64,000 nucleotides of DNA, from assembly GCA_951406725.2 (NCBI GenBank), contig OX597815.1, positions 64,294,001-64,358,000 on the forward strand, in the 5' to 3' direction. Of the stretch, positions 1 through 13,131 are shown one piece after another. The notes beneath the pieces are model-generated. The model was not told the DNA's origin. It made no database searches and worked only from the letters and a program-made list of their open reading frames with translations. A program made the translations under genes and the position numbers. The DNA is from Octopus vulgaris (taxonomy: Eukaryota). Position 1 is the stretch's first letter, and every line of letters starts with the position of its first letter.

Positions 1-424
1 TATGTATGTATGCATGTGTATTCTAAGGGAAAATGAAAAATATTCAATAAAGGATTATTGCTTCAAATATTTTGACAAATGCGCGAGGCAAGTTCAGACA
101 TATTCCATTCATTTGAACCTTACCTGTGAGGCACTGACTTCATTAATATCTTTCAAGTCAAGAGAAGATAGTCAAAATGTAATGTACAAAATCGTAGAAT
201 TACGGATCAGGGTATCACTAGCTTTTTATCTCCCTTCTTCTTGGAGTTATACACTTTGGTTTGAGGTGTACAAAATGTATTGAGAGTAGAAACCATCCAA
301 ATGCATTGAGGAGCATTAACCGATCTCCTAAAGATAGGATTATCGTTAGTATAGTTACTCAAAGCCAATGCATGCTAATTTAATTAGCGGAGATATTATC
401 CCGGTTTCGTGACAAAGCTCAAAA

Positions 425-1037
425 TATTTCTCGAGATTCTTGCAGAATACAGGATTGTATTTTCTATGATTCGTTAACGCATGTCTCAATTCAAATATTC
501 TTCATCCTCTTAGTAGTTTAGGTTTTGTACCAAGTGCACCCATTATCACAAGAATAATTGTTGTCTTAGTCTTCCACAGTCTATTCACCTCTCTATCTAG
601 ATCCTGGCATTTCACGGTTTTTCTCGATTTCTTTAGTATCCACTTTACTATCATATAGTATTTTAAAGTTTATAATCTTACACCTTTTCTTTTGCCCCCT
701 ATAATCCTATCTGGTGTTCTTGCTTCAATTGTACGGTCAGTATCTATGGAGAAATTTGATAAAATTTAATAGTTCCTATTCTCTTTCACTGACCCGTGCT
801 CTTATTACTTTCCTGGTATTTCGGATCAACTCATTTGGCTAACATCACTTTTCACTATTTTACTTTTAAGGTATGCTTGCGCTTATACTCTTTCTGTGCT
901 AGCTTACTGTATTCATTTAAAAGCTGGTTTGTACTTTCGTCTCTTTTCCAGCAGATTCTGGTTTTGCTCTCTGATTGAGTTTTATCAACTTTTGGTTTTA
1001 TCGAATGCATCCTAATGACTTGTTCCTGGGCGGTTAA
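425..1037 (-). mobile_element. 3' fragment of an RLE-type non-LTR retrotransposon (R4/Dong/NeSL-like), decayed
   Basis: Minus strand reads TAQEQVIRMHSIKPKVDKTQSESKTRICWKRDESTNQLLNEYSKLAQKEYKRKH, a degenerate CCHC knuckle. It is followed by remnants of DRTIEARTPD, QDLDREVNRLWKTK..IMGALG and LQKTAIL-like motifs, typical of the RLE C-terminus. Confidence 0.8.
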
Positions 1038-1040
1038 TAA

Positions 1041-3226
1041 AACTGGGCAAGAAAAATATATTTTGTCATGCTATTTAAATTTTTTCAGCTGATTTAGGGT
1101 AATTTTAGGGTGCTAAAGCCGAATCTGACATCAGTTTTCAGATAGCACGTGTAGTTTTTTTTTTTAGTTATTTACAGCATCTGATTTTCCAACCAATTGA
1201 TAATATTGACAAAGTAATAGGCTATTTGCTTTCGATGTTCATTCATATACTCATCACTGAAACAAAAATAAGTGCTGATAGAGGAAAATGTAGGCTACCT
1301 GTTAAATTGTCACACAAGATGAGAATTTATTTTACTTTGTTATCGCTGTAATTATAGTAAAGTTCTCCTCAGAGTAGGCTATTGATATTAGGTTCTAATA
1401 AGCCACTCAGACACCCTTTTCTTGATAAATGCTAGTGCTGTTAAAACAAAGTACATCACATAAGAGAGCCAGCTTATATGAGAAGTAGTAAATTTAGTTA
1501 TTTACTAAAGTGATCAATGTTTGAAATTTAGAGATGGAAAAAACTGTTTCGTGATAGCCATAGCTTTAGTACATTCTTAATAGTTTCAATGACATTCTTT
1601 TTTTTTTTTGAGAAATATATTTTGATGCTTTACAGTAACATTTACAGTTGATTAACTTTATAGTTGAGTTTACTAATAGGCTTCCTTGAGTGTTGATTTA
1701 GGTTATTACTATATGTATTTATGATGAGCAGAAAAGTTTGTGTTAATCAATCGAACAGCTTTTGTTACGTGTGTGGAAAATTTACGCCAAAAGATCAGAG
1801 AAATAAGCTTACAAAGAAATTTTTAAATGTTTACAAGCTTTACTTAGGGTGCAAAGTTGGGGACCAAGATAAACTGTGGGCGCCTCATGTTTGTTGCAAA
1901 AACTGATACATAGCACTAACCCAATGGCTGAATGGCAAACGGAACAGTATGTCATTTGCAGTACTAATGATATGGCACGAACTAACAAACCACTCTACCG
2001 ATTGTTATTTCGGTTCAAATAACATCACAGGTTCCTCTCAGATGAACAAATCCAAGATTCAGCTTTAAAACCAGTTGCTCATGCTGCTGAAAATATTCCA
2101 TTTCCAGAATCTCATTCATCTTTTGACAAAGATGGTTTAAGTGAAGAAAGTACTGCATCTACTTCAATTGAAGGCGTGCCGAGTGATAGAGCAGATCACT
2201 GTGATGAACCAGGAACTTCAAAACAAGTTCCTCGTTTATTATTGTACTTTGGAACAGCAAAGATGACAGGCAAAAAGAGTGGCCAAAGTGAAGTGATTTC
2301 ACTCCAGGGACATACAACGTTAAATATATCCCTTTAGTTGATTCTCAGAAAATTTACTTTCTTCCTTTACACATTAAACTTTGCTTGTTTAAGAACTTTG
2401 TTACGGCCATGAATGAAGACGGTGAAGGATTCAATTATATCAGGGAAAAATTTGTTTCTAGCAAGAGTGAAGCTAAGATCAAAGCTAGTGTTTTTAATGG
2501 ACTAGAAATTAGCTAATTTGTGATGAGCTTTTTTAAGAAATACTTTTTTAAGAAATACTTTTTTAAGAAATACTAAGCCCAGTAGAAAAAACTGCTTGGG
2601 AAAAGTTTGTTTCTCGTATAAAAAAATTTGGGTGAAATGAAAAATCATCTAACTACGTTGCAATTGTGAATGATTTTTTAAAAGCTTATAAGCAACTTGG
2701 GGCAAGAATGTCTCTAAAATTTAATTTCCTCCACTTTCATTTTTACTTTTTTTCCCACCCAGCATGGGTGATGTTAACGATGAGCACGGTGAACGGTTTC
2801 ATCAAGAAATGAAAGAGCTAGAAAATCCGCTACAGTGGCAGACTTACACCAAACATGCTGACGGATTACGGCTGGTTTTTGAAAGGAGAGACGGACATGC
2901 AGCATAAGTGTAAAAGAAGACGCCAAAGCTATATCTCAAAAACATAAAATTGATAATATTCCCTTTACACTTTGCTTTGAGTTTTATTGGTTGTAGAGGT
3001 ACTTGACCACCTAGTTGCTATTGTTCTTATACCAAACAACGGTAATTAACGCTTAACATAATATTCATTTTAATGAATTTTCACAATATTGTAATTTTGA
3101 TAGCAGTATAATAATGATAGCGCAAAAACGTGACGTACTAGAGCAAAAATGATTCGGAATCAGCGCGCCCAAATTAACTATGAGCACCATTTCGTCTAAT
3201 CGTAGCAAGAATTTTGTTGCCTAGTG
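1041..3226 (+). mobile_element. Chapaev3-type (CMC superfamily) DNA transposon, internally deleted, pseudogenised transposase
   Basis: Termini (a)actgggcaagaaaa ... ttttgttgcctagtg are imperfect TIRs of the CACT type, with TAA/TTA flanks. ORF 1721-1906 reads MSRKVCVNQSNSFCYVCGKFT..YLGCKVGDQDKLWAPHVCC. Downstream remnants are LPLHIKL, LGARMSLK, DEHGERFHQEMK and NMLTDYGWFLK. Confidence 0.85.
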
Positions 3227-3285
3227 TTATTAGCGCTTCGGTTTCTCGTTTCACGTTTCCGTCCATCAGTCACAGCCAGCATATT
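3227..3285 (-). mobile_element. Continuation of the RLE LINE split by the Chapaev3 insertion
   Basis: Minus strand reads WL*LMDGNVKRETEALI, which joins TAQEQ at ~1035 to give the conserved KRETEALIxAQEQ motif. Confidence 0.75.
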
Positions 3286-3862
3286 AAGATACTTAAAAGA
3301 CAGCTCTCACCCTGGAATAATATACAATATATTAGTGACAGGACAAAGAACTTAAAATAATAATACAAAATTGCATAGTTCGAGAGAATGTACTTTCTAT
3401 GTAATAACTATTAAGGTTAGCTGAGTCCTTACTCCTCGACAGCTATAATTTATTTTAATATCCACAAAATTTTTCTTCAATAAATTTGTTTCTTTATGAC
3501 TGACTTTGGAGTGGCATTCACCGCTTTTTAGTATCTTAGCTGTTTAGTTTGCTTTATCTGACAGCAGCTGGGTTGCTGCCTTCCACATTGGTAGTTCTAC
3601 GTTTCGATGTCAACTCTGCTCAATATTCTGCTCTTTTCTTATTTTCAATATGGAACACAACTGATATGCAGATCAGAGTGATTTGAGGGGGTCGCATTAT
3701 GTTGAGACTGAGAGATTACAGATACTATGTACAAGGAACCAAAATGTCAGACTAACTTTTCATCAGAGTTTTTGGTCTTCTGGTAGGTTACTATTGAATT
3801 CCATTGACGAAAACAATTTTGCAGGAAATATTTATTTGCAGCGACTTCTGTTTTCATTTGTG

Positions 3863-3896
<34 letters not shown>

Positions 3897-3924
3897 AAGT
3901 ACGTAAAGATATTTGTGTGTGATT

Positions 3925-4017
3925 GAGTGTGTGTATGTTCGTGTGTGAGTGTGTGTATGTTCGTGTGTGAGTGTGTGCATGTTCGTGTGTGAGTGTTGTG
4001 TATGTTCGTGTGTGAGT
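3925..4017. repeat. 22-bp minisatellite (GAGTGTGTGTATGTTCGTGTGT) x ~4
   Basis: Tandem units visible directly in the sequence. Confidence 0.85.
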
Positions 4018-4209
4018 ATGTGTGTCTGTGTTTGCATACAGGTACACGAGTATGTATGCTTGTTCATGCATATGTATGTAGCATATTTCTAAATATATTT
4101 CATTATAGAAAACGTATCTGTATACTTCTTTATACCTTTTATAACTGTAGTTAGGCATACTACATGTCCATACATACATATACGCAGAACGATATGTGAA
4201 TATATACAT

Positions 4210-4270
<61 letters not shown>

Positions 4271-4292
4271 AGCGTAGGTACACAGCACATGC

Positions 4293-4333
<41 letters not shown>

Positions 4334-4709
4334 TACACAAACATCTATGGATGTACATGCATGTGCTTAGTTGTTTATATTTGCAGAAAGTATGTGTATA
4401 TATATATATATATATAAATGTGTATGTGTCTGTGTGTGTGCTTGTGTGTGTTTATGTATGTATGTATGTATAAGGAAAGGTGTCTGTGCCAGTGCATATA
4501 TAGATATGTTCCCCTTACTTACACGTGCACACGTACACGCATTCACATACGCACATTACATACACATGTAATGTACAAATATATGTGTGTATGTATATAG
4601 GTGTGTGTGTCTGTATGTGTGTGTTTGTGTGTGTGTATGTGCATTCGTGTATACATAACAGCAACGGCAACAATAAAAACAACACCATTACTAATAGCAA
4701 CAGCATCAG

Positions 4710-4719
4710 CAATAACAAC

Positions 4720-4802
<83 letters not shown>

Positions 4803-4835
4803 TAATAATAATAATAACAACAACAACAATAATAA
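4710..4835. repeat. (AAT)n microsatellite
   Basis: Direct reading; source of the poly-N/poly-I/poly-L ORFs. Confidence 0.95.
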
Positions 4836-4970
4836 AGCAACTACAACATTAAGTACGACAACAAATCTGCAGTAGCAATCCTTCATGTATGTTTATAATC
4901 CTACAGGCAAAAGTTGTGCACATGTGTGTATGTATGTATGTATGTATGTATGTATTTATGCATGTATGTA

Positions 4971-5011
<41 letters not shown>

Positions 5012-5293
5012 GAAAAAAAAAGATTTGAGCGAGTTGCGCATCCATGCAGATATGCATACCGCCATATCTGTGTTACAACTGAATGAGCACGTGCGGAGAT
5101 TACTGCACATGCCATTTTATGTAATGCATCATGCATACTGAAAGATGCATACGTTAGCTTAGATGTAGTGAAATACACAGAGAGCCATTTTGCAATTTCT
5201 CCATGCACTGTTGGATCCCTGGAGAGTAGAGGAGAGCAAAAGAGGTACATGATTGGTTGTCATAGATAAAAAGATACACAGATAAATATATGG

Positions 5294-5384
<91 letters not shown>

Positions 5385-5668
5385 GTTTGACAAATGGGTG
5401 TATAGATAAATAAATATTGAGGCATATAGATAGACAGACAAACAGACTGACAGATAGATACGGATTGAGTCTGATATAAAAGTAGTGAGAAATATGTAGA
5501 TACATTGAGCGATGGAAGTGAGGGTTAAGTGAAATATATAGGCATATGCAGATATATACAAGCAAAAATAGTATCATCATTAAACGCATACACATATACG
5601 TCTATGTGGCTGTATATGCACATATTTCAGCAGCTTAGCCATCACTCGCAAACAAGACTGAGAAGTAG

Positions 5669-5710
<42 letters not shown>

Positions 5711-5711
5711 C

Positions 5712-5742
<31 letters not shown>

Positions 5743-5754
5743 ACTTTTTATATC

Positions 5755-5818
5755 TTTTCTCATTTATATTTCACTTGTTTCAGTCATTAGACTGCAGCCA
5801 TGCTGAGGCACCGCCTTG
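5755..5818 (-). mobile_element. 3' tail fragment of SINE family A
   Basis: The reverse complement matches ggcggtgctccagcatggccgcagtcaaatgactgaaacaag at ~25278-25321. Confidence 0.7.
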
Positions 5819-5838
5819 GCACACACACACACACACAC

Positions 5839-5870
<32 letters not shown>

Positions 5871-6513
5871 CAGAGAAACACACACACACATACATATGTG
5901 TGTGTGTGTGGATGCAGGTGTGTGTATACACACATACGCATGTCAGTATTCAAATGTATATATACTTACTTGAATGTATGTGTGTGTGCATGTGTGTGTG
6001 TGTGTGGCTGTTTGTGTATATATTATGCTTACAGAACGAACTGAAAATCAATGACGGTGTATACAATATATGCCAGTTTTTTTTTTATTTACATTGGATA
6101 GAAGAATACTATTTACATAAAATGAATGCATGTAAAAATAAACACACATGTATCGACGTTATGAACTGGACTGGAAGAGAACTACTTTTTGATATACATC
6201 TATGATTGACATAAAACAAAATATCAGCTATTACTCTGAAAGTTGAAATGTCGCAAGTTTCGCGCAATAACTCCACATCGAAGCCCCTAACAATTTCGTA
6301 TTTAAAACTTAAATCACAGAAATAAAGATATATATTACTATTTTCTTACATATATTGTAAATCTTTTTTGTTCAATATCTATGGTAAAATCTCAATACAT
6401 CTATGTATGGATATAGTGATAATATGCAAGTTATGTAATGTAAATTTGTAAAGCAATGTATATGTACTTGGCTATATCTATTTTTCAGTTTAATCTTCTT
6501 ACCTTTTATATAA

Positions 6514-6564
<51 letters not shown>

Positions 6565-6793
6565 TGTGTGTGTGTGAGTGTGTGTGTGCGTGTATATATA
6601 TATATATATACACACACAATAAATGTATGTGTGTTTTTCAGTGTTCACAAATAACACGGAAAAAAATAAATAGGTATCAGGGTAGCAAAAGTTCACAAAA
6701 GTACCAAAGATGTAACAGACTACTTATAAAGGTAGAAACTCCAAGTTTTGGTGGAATGTTTTTGAATATATAGATAAATAATTAAATGGAGCT

Positions 6794-7170
6794 AAAAGAT
6801 ACAGAGAGAATATTCCATTCCAAATCAAATTGTTTATTATGTTCCTTTAGATACCAAATTAATTTACTAAGCCCAGTATTGTTACGTTTATTGATATGTC
6901 TAAATGTAGAGCAATTAATGCATTCGTTTTCTTAGCAGTAATTCTAAGACTAGACACTCTATTTATCACTGTAAAATTTCTTCCGGTTCTGACGTCTTTT
7001 TCTATATAGGTAGTTCTTCATCTCATTTGTCGAAAAGAATATCTAATCATTACTCTACATTTTGACATACCAATAAACGTAATAATGCTAGGCTTAGTAA
7101 ATTAATCTAGTTCATAAAGGATCATAAACAACAATTTGATCTGGAATGGAATATTCTCTCTGTATCTTTT
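6794..7170. repeat. Long imperfect inverted repeat (~125-bp arms), MITE-like or Penelope inverted terminus
   Basis: aaaagatacagagagaatattccattcc... (6794-~6918) is the reverse complement of ...ggaatggaatattctctctgtatctttt (~7046-7170). Confidence 0.85.
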
Positions 7171-8137
7171 CCATATGATAATGGGGAATTTTTTGTCCGC
7201 TTGCTACCAGTGAGATGTGCTTTATCCTGTTCTCTCCTCTTATAAACAAGTTTATAGAGCGCGTTTATCGTTGCAAACATTGGCAGAAACATGCCTTTAG
7301 TTCCTATAAGTGATTTCTACCATTCTTTAAAATTCGACCTTTGACTGTCTTCTTACATTTCACTTCCACTAAATATATCTACTTCCAAGCCTTTAAGCTT
7401 TATTCTAATTCACTCTCTATCTCTCCGCTATTAGTTTTCTGCTAATTTCTTTCTTTCTCCTCCTTCTCTTTCTATAAACTACCTCGACGCTATATCTACA
7501 AACGATTTTTTTTTAAATAACTTGCTAGCGTTCCAGTAATTGCATTCTGTTAAAATGTCATTTTTGATGTGTTTGGTTTCTTTCTTTCCTTGATGAGAAG
7601 ATTGCATTGTTTTACACCATTTTATTCCATCTGGAATAATACCAATGTTTTCTTCGAAACATATGTCGGAAGTAAAAATATTTAAATAACATGTGCGTTT
7701 AACTCCATTTATATATAAGTTTATAAGCTTTCTCTGCAGTTTTTTACTCAGACTTTCCTCTACATGATGTGGCAGTCACTTTGCCTCTTACTCGAATTTT
7801 CAGAAATTTTGCATGACTGTATCCGAAAATTTCTTCATACAACTTGATCAAATATTCAATATGAGCTATATGTAGACATGCATAAATTCTATAGGTTTAA
7901 AACCTTTCATCGGATCTCCATGAATCGAACTTTCTTCAATGCAGTTAATCTTACAACCTCTTTTGTATCTACCCCTTTTGATGTTTGGGAATTCTCTGAT
8001 ATTTTTTCGGCTGACGAGTACGAGCCATCTGTATTCACTGCATTTTTTGTAGCTTATTAAAGATGTCCTCGTACGAAACGATCGTACCGAGATTTTAATC
8101 CATTCTTGTTGCTTTTTTCCTATATATATATATATAT

Positions 8138-8368
8138 ATAAAAGGGGCAGGCAACAAGTTGCTTCGCCGCATACCGAAAAATTAGAAATAGCAGTCAAGA
8201 CTGTTTATTTCTAGTTTCTACAAATGGGACTCCACATACGACATATGTGAATTACAGGAATATGTCGTATGTGGAGTCCCATCTGTAGAAAATAGAAATA
8301 AACAGTCTTGACTGCTATTTCTAACTTTTCGGTATGCGGCCAAGCAACCTGTTGCCTGCCCCTTTTAT
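8138..8368. repeat. Near-perfect palindrome, ~109-bp arms with 13-nt spacer
   Basis: Arms 8138-8246 and 8260-8368 are reverse complements with few mismatches; spacer is gtgaattacagga. Confidence 0.92.
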
Positions 8369-8476
8369 TTATATACAATATATATATACTGAACTATACA
8401 GAAGTTCCTACCGTTAATTGGTTATATTTACATACCGAATTCTACCAGTAAATAATTGTTGTTTTTTTTTTAAAAC

Positions 8477-9070
8477 CATTAAAGAAATTAATTGTTATCG
8501 CCATATTAATATGGCATTCTTATAGATATAAGAATAATCGCTGCCGCTGGTCAGCTCCATGAGGCCACCGCCTTAAGATAGCTATTGATACACGATCTGT
8601 ATCCATTATAACCTTCGAACAAGGGAGGTCAGCCGCTTCACACTGCCAGTCCGACAGCTACAGACGCGTTTCGGGGTATTGCCCCTTGTCAATGTAGCGC
8701 ATTCAGACCGCAGGTGTCGCCACTGACGTCTCTGTTCGAAGGTTTATATTTACCTAGTTTCAGTGGAATACATCCACTTGTTTTCAATAATAGAAATATT
8801 AAAATTACTAAGTCTCTATAAAAGTGCTGTCGGACTGGCAGTGTGAAGCGGCTGACCTCCCTTGTTCGAAGGTTATAATGGATACAGATCGTGTATCAAT
8901 AGCTATCTTAAGGCGGTGGCCTCATGGAGCTGACCAGCGGCAGCGATTATTCTTATATCTATAAGAATGCCATATTAATATGGCGATAACAATTAATTTC
9001 CAGTAAACGCTGCCGTAATCTCTTTTATAGAGACTTAGTAATTTTAATATTTCTATCATTAAAGAAATTA
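8477..9070. mobile_element. Inverted-repeat cassette with a hammerhead-like motif (probable Penelope pseudo-LTR rearrangement)
   Basis: 175-bp arms 8484-8658 / 8826-9000 appear identical; a second 35-bp IR lies at 8790-8824 / 9022-9056; the 14-bp direct repeat cattaaagaaatta occurs at 8477 and 9057. Confidence 0.75.
8657..8698 (-). ncRNA. Minimal type-I hammerhead ribozyme-like motif (core mutated)
   Basis: Minus strand: gctaca TTGACAA gggg-caata-cccc GAAAC GC GTC tgtagc. Stems I and II are perfect and stem III is palindromic, but the core deviates from CTGANGA at two positions. Confidence 0.65.
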
Positions 9071-9081
9071 TTTACTCTTAT

Positions 9082-9359
<278 letters not shown>

Positions 9360-10341
9360 CGAAAGTGAGTGTAAGAAAGAGCGATACATACACACCTACA
9401 TTATATACATATATATATATATATTTGTGAATGTATGTATATTCAGCCAGTCCTCTTCTTATCTATCGAACTAGACATCTATCTATTTATCTCTCTGCAT
9501 ATATGCGTGTATGTGTGAGAGCATGTGTGTGCGTATTTGTGTACGTAAATACACATACACATCTGTCTAATCATCAATGTAGCCATCTATCTATTTATCT
9601 ATCTCTATAAGCCTTCAAATACATCTGTCTAAAATAGATAGCTGCTTGCATGTACAAAGACTGAGTGAGGTATCAAGAGAAAGCTGATGGTAGTCGAGAT
9701 ATTACACTACCGAAATAAAAGCAAAGACATTTTTTAATAAAATTGAGGCATGAATCTAGCAGCGTTGATATTTTTAACAAACGCTGCACTAAATTACCGC
9801 ACACATATCTTCAACAGAGCAGCTGCTCTTCACACAACGAAATGGCTGATTTTCAAAGTACACAACGAAATGGCTGATTTTCAAACCTCACTAATGAATT
9901 GCACCCATTGCACACCAATATTCTACATCGTATCTCAATCCCTATAACCACCATTACTGTCGTTACAATTACTGTAAAAATATAAAGTGTGTAACGCCCA
10001 TGTCACCACTTTCACCCATCTCCCTTTCTTTCTTCGCTTCTATTGAGGCGTATGTACCAAATACCGTCCTAAGTACTTTGCCTACAACTTTTTCCCACCC
10101 CCAAGGAGCACTTTCTGGAACGTATACCCTGACCTCATTTTCTCGACAAGCAGAAATTGTAGAAAAATCAAGCTGAACCACGAGACTACATCAGTCTTAA
10201 AAGTTTAATGAGACATACAAAGTGGTGTCTTTGTACTGCTCGTTGTCTGCAAACTGGAATGTAAAAAGAAGACAACATTCACTGCTCCACGAATAAATTT
10301 AACTAATAACTTAAGCACAAAATAATCCAGACCGTCATAGG

Positions 10342-10503
10342 GGCCAGCGTGGTTGTGTAGTAAGAAGCTTGCTTCCCAACCATATGGTTCCAGGTTCAGT
10401 CCCACTACCTGACACTTGGGGCAAGTGTCTTCTGCTATAGTCTCGGGACGACCAAATCCTTCAGAGTGGATTTGGTAGACAGAAACTGAAAGAAGCTTGT
10501 CAT
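10342..10503 (+). mobile_element. SINE family A, 5' portion (tRNA-derived head plus CORE-like box)
   Basis: gcgtggttgtgtagtaagaagcttgcttcccaaccatatggttccaggttcagtcccac...ggggcaagtgtcttct matches the full copy at 24936. Confidence 0.85.
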
Positions 10504-10583
10504 ATATATATATATAGCATTTAATTTCTTCTACGGGCAACGTTTTGAATATGTATATAAATGTTTTTGTTTTATTATGCCAG

Positions 10584-10806
10584 CTACAGCCTGATGAGGC
10601 CAACTGGTGGTACCAGTTTTTTGGAATTGCATAGAGCTGAACCGACACAATGTAGAGTAAATATAGTAATTATTTACATTATTTACATTCGCCGGATATT
10701 TGTCCTCATCTTGTTTTTTGTTAATACAATGTTTCAGCTGATATACCCTTCAGCCTTCTTCGAACCTGGGTTCTCATTTTATCTGAAGAAGGCTGGAAGG
10801 TACATC
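10584..10806. mobile_element. Penelope-type terminal repeat relics with hammerhead-like motifs in both orientations
   Basis: CTGATGAggcc at 10591 (+); reverse-strand gaagaaggctg..cagctGAAACattgt at ~10725-10762; its inverted copy ctgaagaaggctgg at 10782. The aatgtaaataatgt tail is shared with 53612-53678. Confidence 0.55.
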
Positions 10807-11374
10807 AAAACCCCGAGTGTCTCTTTGGTCAGCTGAAAGCAGTTTTTGGCTCAAACTTGGCAGTCACGCGTCTCATACCCAAATCTTCAGTGATAATGGA
10901 CTGAACTGCACCGTAAATAATCTGTACGTCCTCTGTAACTCACGGATGGTGATTCGATGATTTCCCCTCATAGCCGTGCGCCCATCTGCGATGTTTTCAG
11001 TTCTGCTGGTTGCAGGTCTCCCAGAATGTTCGTCACTATCGACATTTTTTTCGGCCATCTTGGAAACGTCTGAACCACTTGCACACTTGTGTGCGACTCA
11101 TACACACCTCTCCATACACTTTCTGCAACTTTGCGCAGGCCTCTGAGCAGGTATCGCCGTAACAACTTTCAGTACCATGGTCAAAGCGACGATCATACGC
11201 AACACACCTTCCTTCCAAGCACTGCTGTAAACAGGAGAAGTGAGCTAGAACGTTAAAATTTAGTGCCCATGCACAGTAGAGTTCATGGTAAATCCGTGCC
11301 TCGCGGCTTCACTCTGCGTGCTTTAGCTTTGTTCCTATGAGTAAACAGTCCGAATACTTATTGATCAGACCACG
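10807..11374 (-). mobile_element. Mariner-family transposon, 5' part only (truncated)
   Basis: Terminus TA-cgtggtctgatcaataagtattcggact at 11376-11347. Frameshifted HTH region KLQKVYGEVCMSRTQVCKWFRRFQDGR / NVDSDEHSGRPATSRTENI...RITIREL. Confidence 0.85.
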
Positions 11375-12249
11375 TATTTCTGTAGCAAAGCATTTTATTG
11401 ATTATATATACATTACGTAAGATAACAATAAACACGTCCTACATTTTCATTCATCCACTGTCAAAATGGCGGAGATTACTTTCCTTCGAGGGTGTGTAAC
11501 CGAATAATTGGGGTGTTGCACTCAAGATTTTCGAGATCGTATTTTCGATTCTGAGTCAGGCCTCGTTGTTGCGTTCTTATACAAAACATTTCATCTCGCG
11601 TTGCTCTGTAGTCACTTCAACATTTGATGTGAAAAATCGTGCATCTGTACAAGCAGTGTTGATTTGATGAAGGGAGTAAGATAATGTACAGCGCATACAT
11701 TTCATCACCATAAACAAACCATCAATGCAAGTTTGTTCAGCAAGAACTTACAGAACTCTCATCTGTCATTTACGACAGTTGAGACTACATATGAGTTAAA
11801 TACACGAAAAATCAGCATAAACTGTTAGGACTCCAGTCATAGCTACGATAAAGTACATTAAAGATAAATGGCAGTTGTTGTATTTCTTGATGCAAAGTAC
11901 AAATACAGCATGAGAGACCAATGCAGTGTGACATGGGAGAGTAAATTTACAATAGATCTAGCTCCAAGGAAGTATTTCTGACGGGGATTAAGGAATGACG
12001 AGACATATCTAATTAATATGAATATCAAACATATGTGTGTTTGCGTGTGCATTATTTATCTAATTACTTAATCATTTTATTTATTTTCATTTATTTATGT
12101 TCTATCAATAATATATTGTTAGATACTTAACTACAGACACTCTATACTTCAACATTCACACACCTTCCTTTTTATATCCATATGTAACTAATATAGAAAA
12201 TTTGATGATTTATATCCATGTGTGTGTGTGTATGTGTGCATGTGTAAGA

Positions 12250-12515
12250 GGGTAAAGGGCAAAGATCCCCGCCGAGACCCAAGATCGGCTAAGGTTGTTT
12301 ATGGAAGATCAGCAGTTGCCCATGCATACCAGCCTCCCCTCTCCACACCACCGATATTATCAAAGGGAAAGGCAACGGCCGATACAGCTTGTGAACTGGA
12401 GCAACGTGAAATAAAGTGTCTTGCTCAAGAACACAACACACAACCTTGTCAGAGAATCGAATTCATTACTTCATGATTGTGAGCCCGATGCTTAAACCAC
12501 TGAGTCATGCCTCGT
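12250..12515 (-). mobile_element. tRNA-derived SINE with CORE-like box (family D), diverged
   Basis: Minus strand: gaggcatgactcagtggtttaagcatcgggctcacaatc...ttcgattc..gtgttcttgagcaagacacttt. A more decayed + strand relative lies at ~11500-11760. Confidence 0.65.
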
Positions 12516-12604
12516 CACTATGTGTGTGTAATAGATACATATATGTATGTATATCGTTTTTGGATTTGCAAGATTCTTTATGTGAGTTCGTGTGTTCCAA
12601 TAAC

Positions 12605-12740
12605 ACTATTGAACAGATTGCAAGACGCAACGAAAATTTTAGGAAATAAAAATAATAAATAGGTAGAAAATTTTACCGGTGAGTGTGTTACATTATAAGG
12701 CACAAACAGAAAATGTCTCTCCCCAGACACAACAGAATAT
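12605..12740 (+). repeat. Interspersed repeat with TTGAxGA..GAAAATTTTAG hammerhead-like motif (copies at ~29510-29630 - and 33447-33690)
   Basis: ctattgaacagattgcaagacgcaacgaaaattttagg...ttttaccggtgagtgtgt...ctctccccagacacaacagaata recurs at three loci. Confidence 0.75.
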
Positions 12741-12772
12741 GTATATATCAGTGTGTGTGTATATATATATGT

Positions 12773-12960
12773 AGCGAGAATTCACGAAAAAACAAAAGAC
12801 GAAGACTGGTGGTGTAGAAAACAAACAGATGTATTAGTATAACGCTCGGGAATTGAAAAAGTCTTTTACGTTTCGAGCCTACACTCTTCCACAGGAAGGA
12901 ACACAAAAAAGAACCAAGGAGAGAAAAAAATGTGTGTAGTGGCTACCGATCTGTCATGGC
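12773..12960 (-). repeat. Interspersed repeat carrying a CTGTGGA-core hammerhead-like motif, copy 1
   Basis: Reverse complement of 14103-14284. Confidence 0.8.
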
Positions 12961-13089
12961 GACTGCCGGTCAGAAGGGTCACACAGGAGAACGAAGAAGT
13001 AGGGGAGATAACAAAGTAAAAGTGACCCCAAAATGAAGGTGTGCGTGTGTGTAAAAGAGTACCGGGCTAAAACAATTTTAAGGATTTAA

Positions 13090-13131
<42 letters not shown>

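Noticed and set aside
7170-8120. Possible decayed Penelope GIY-YIG coding region
   Set aside because: Only the 3' GAAACGATCGTA relic is suggestive; no convincing protein motif could be read.
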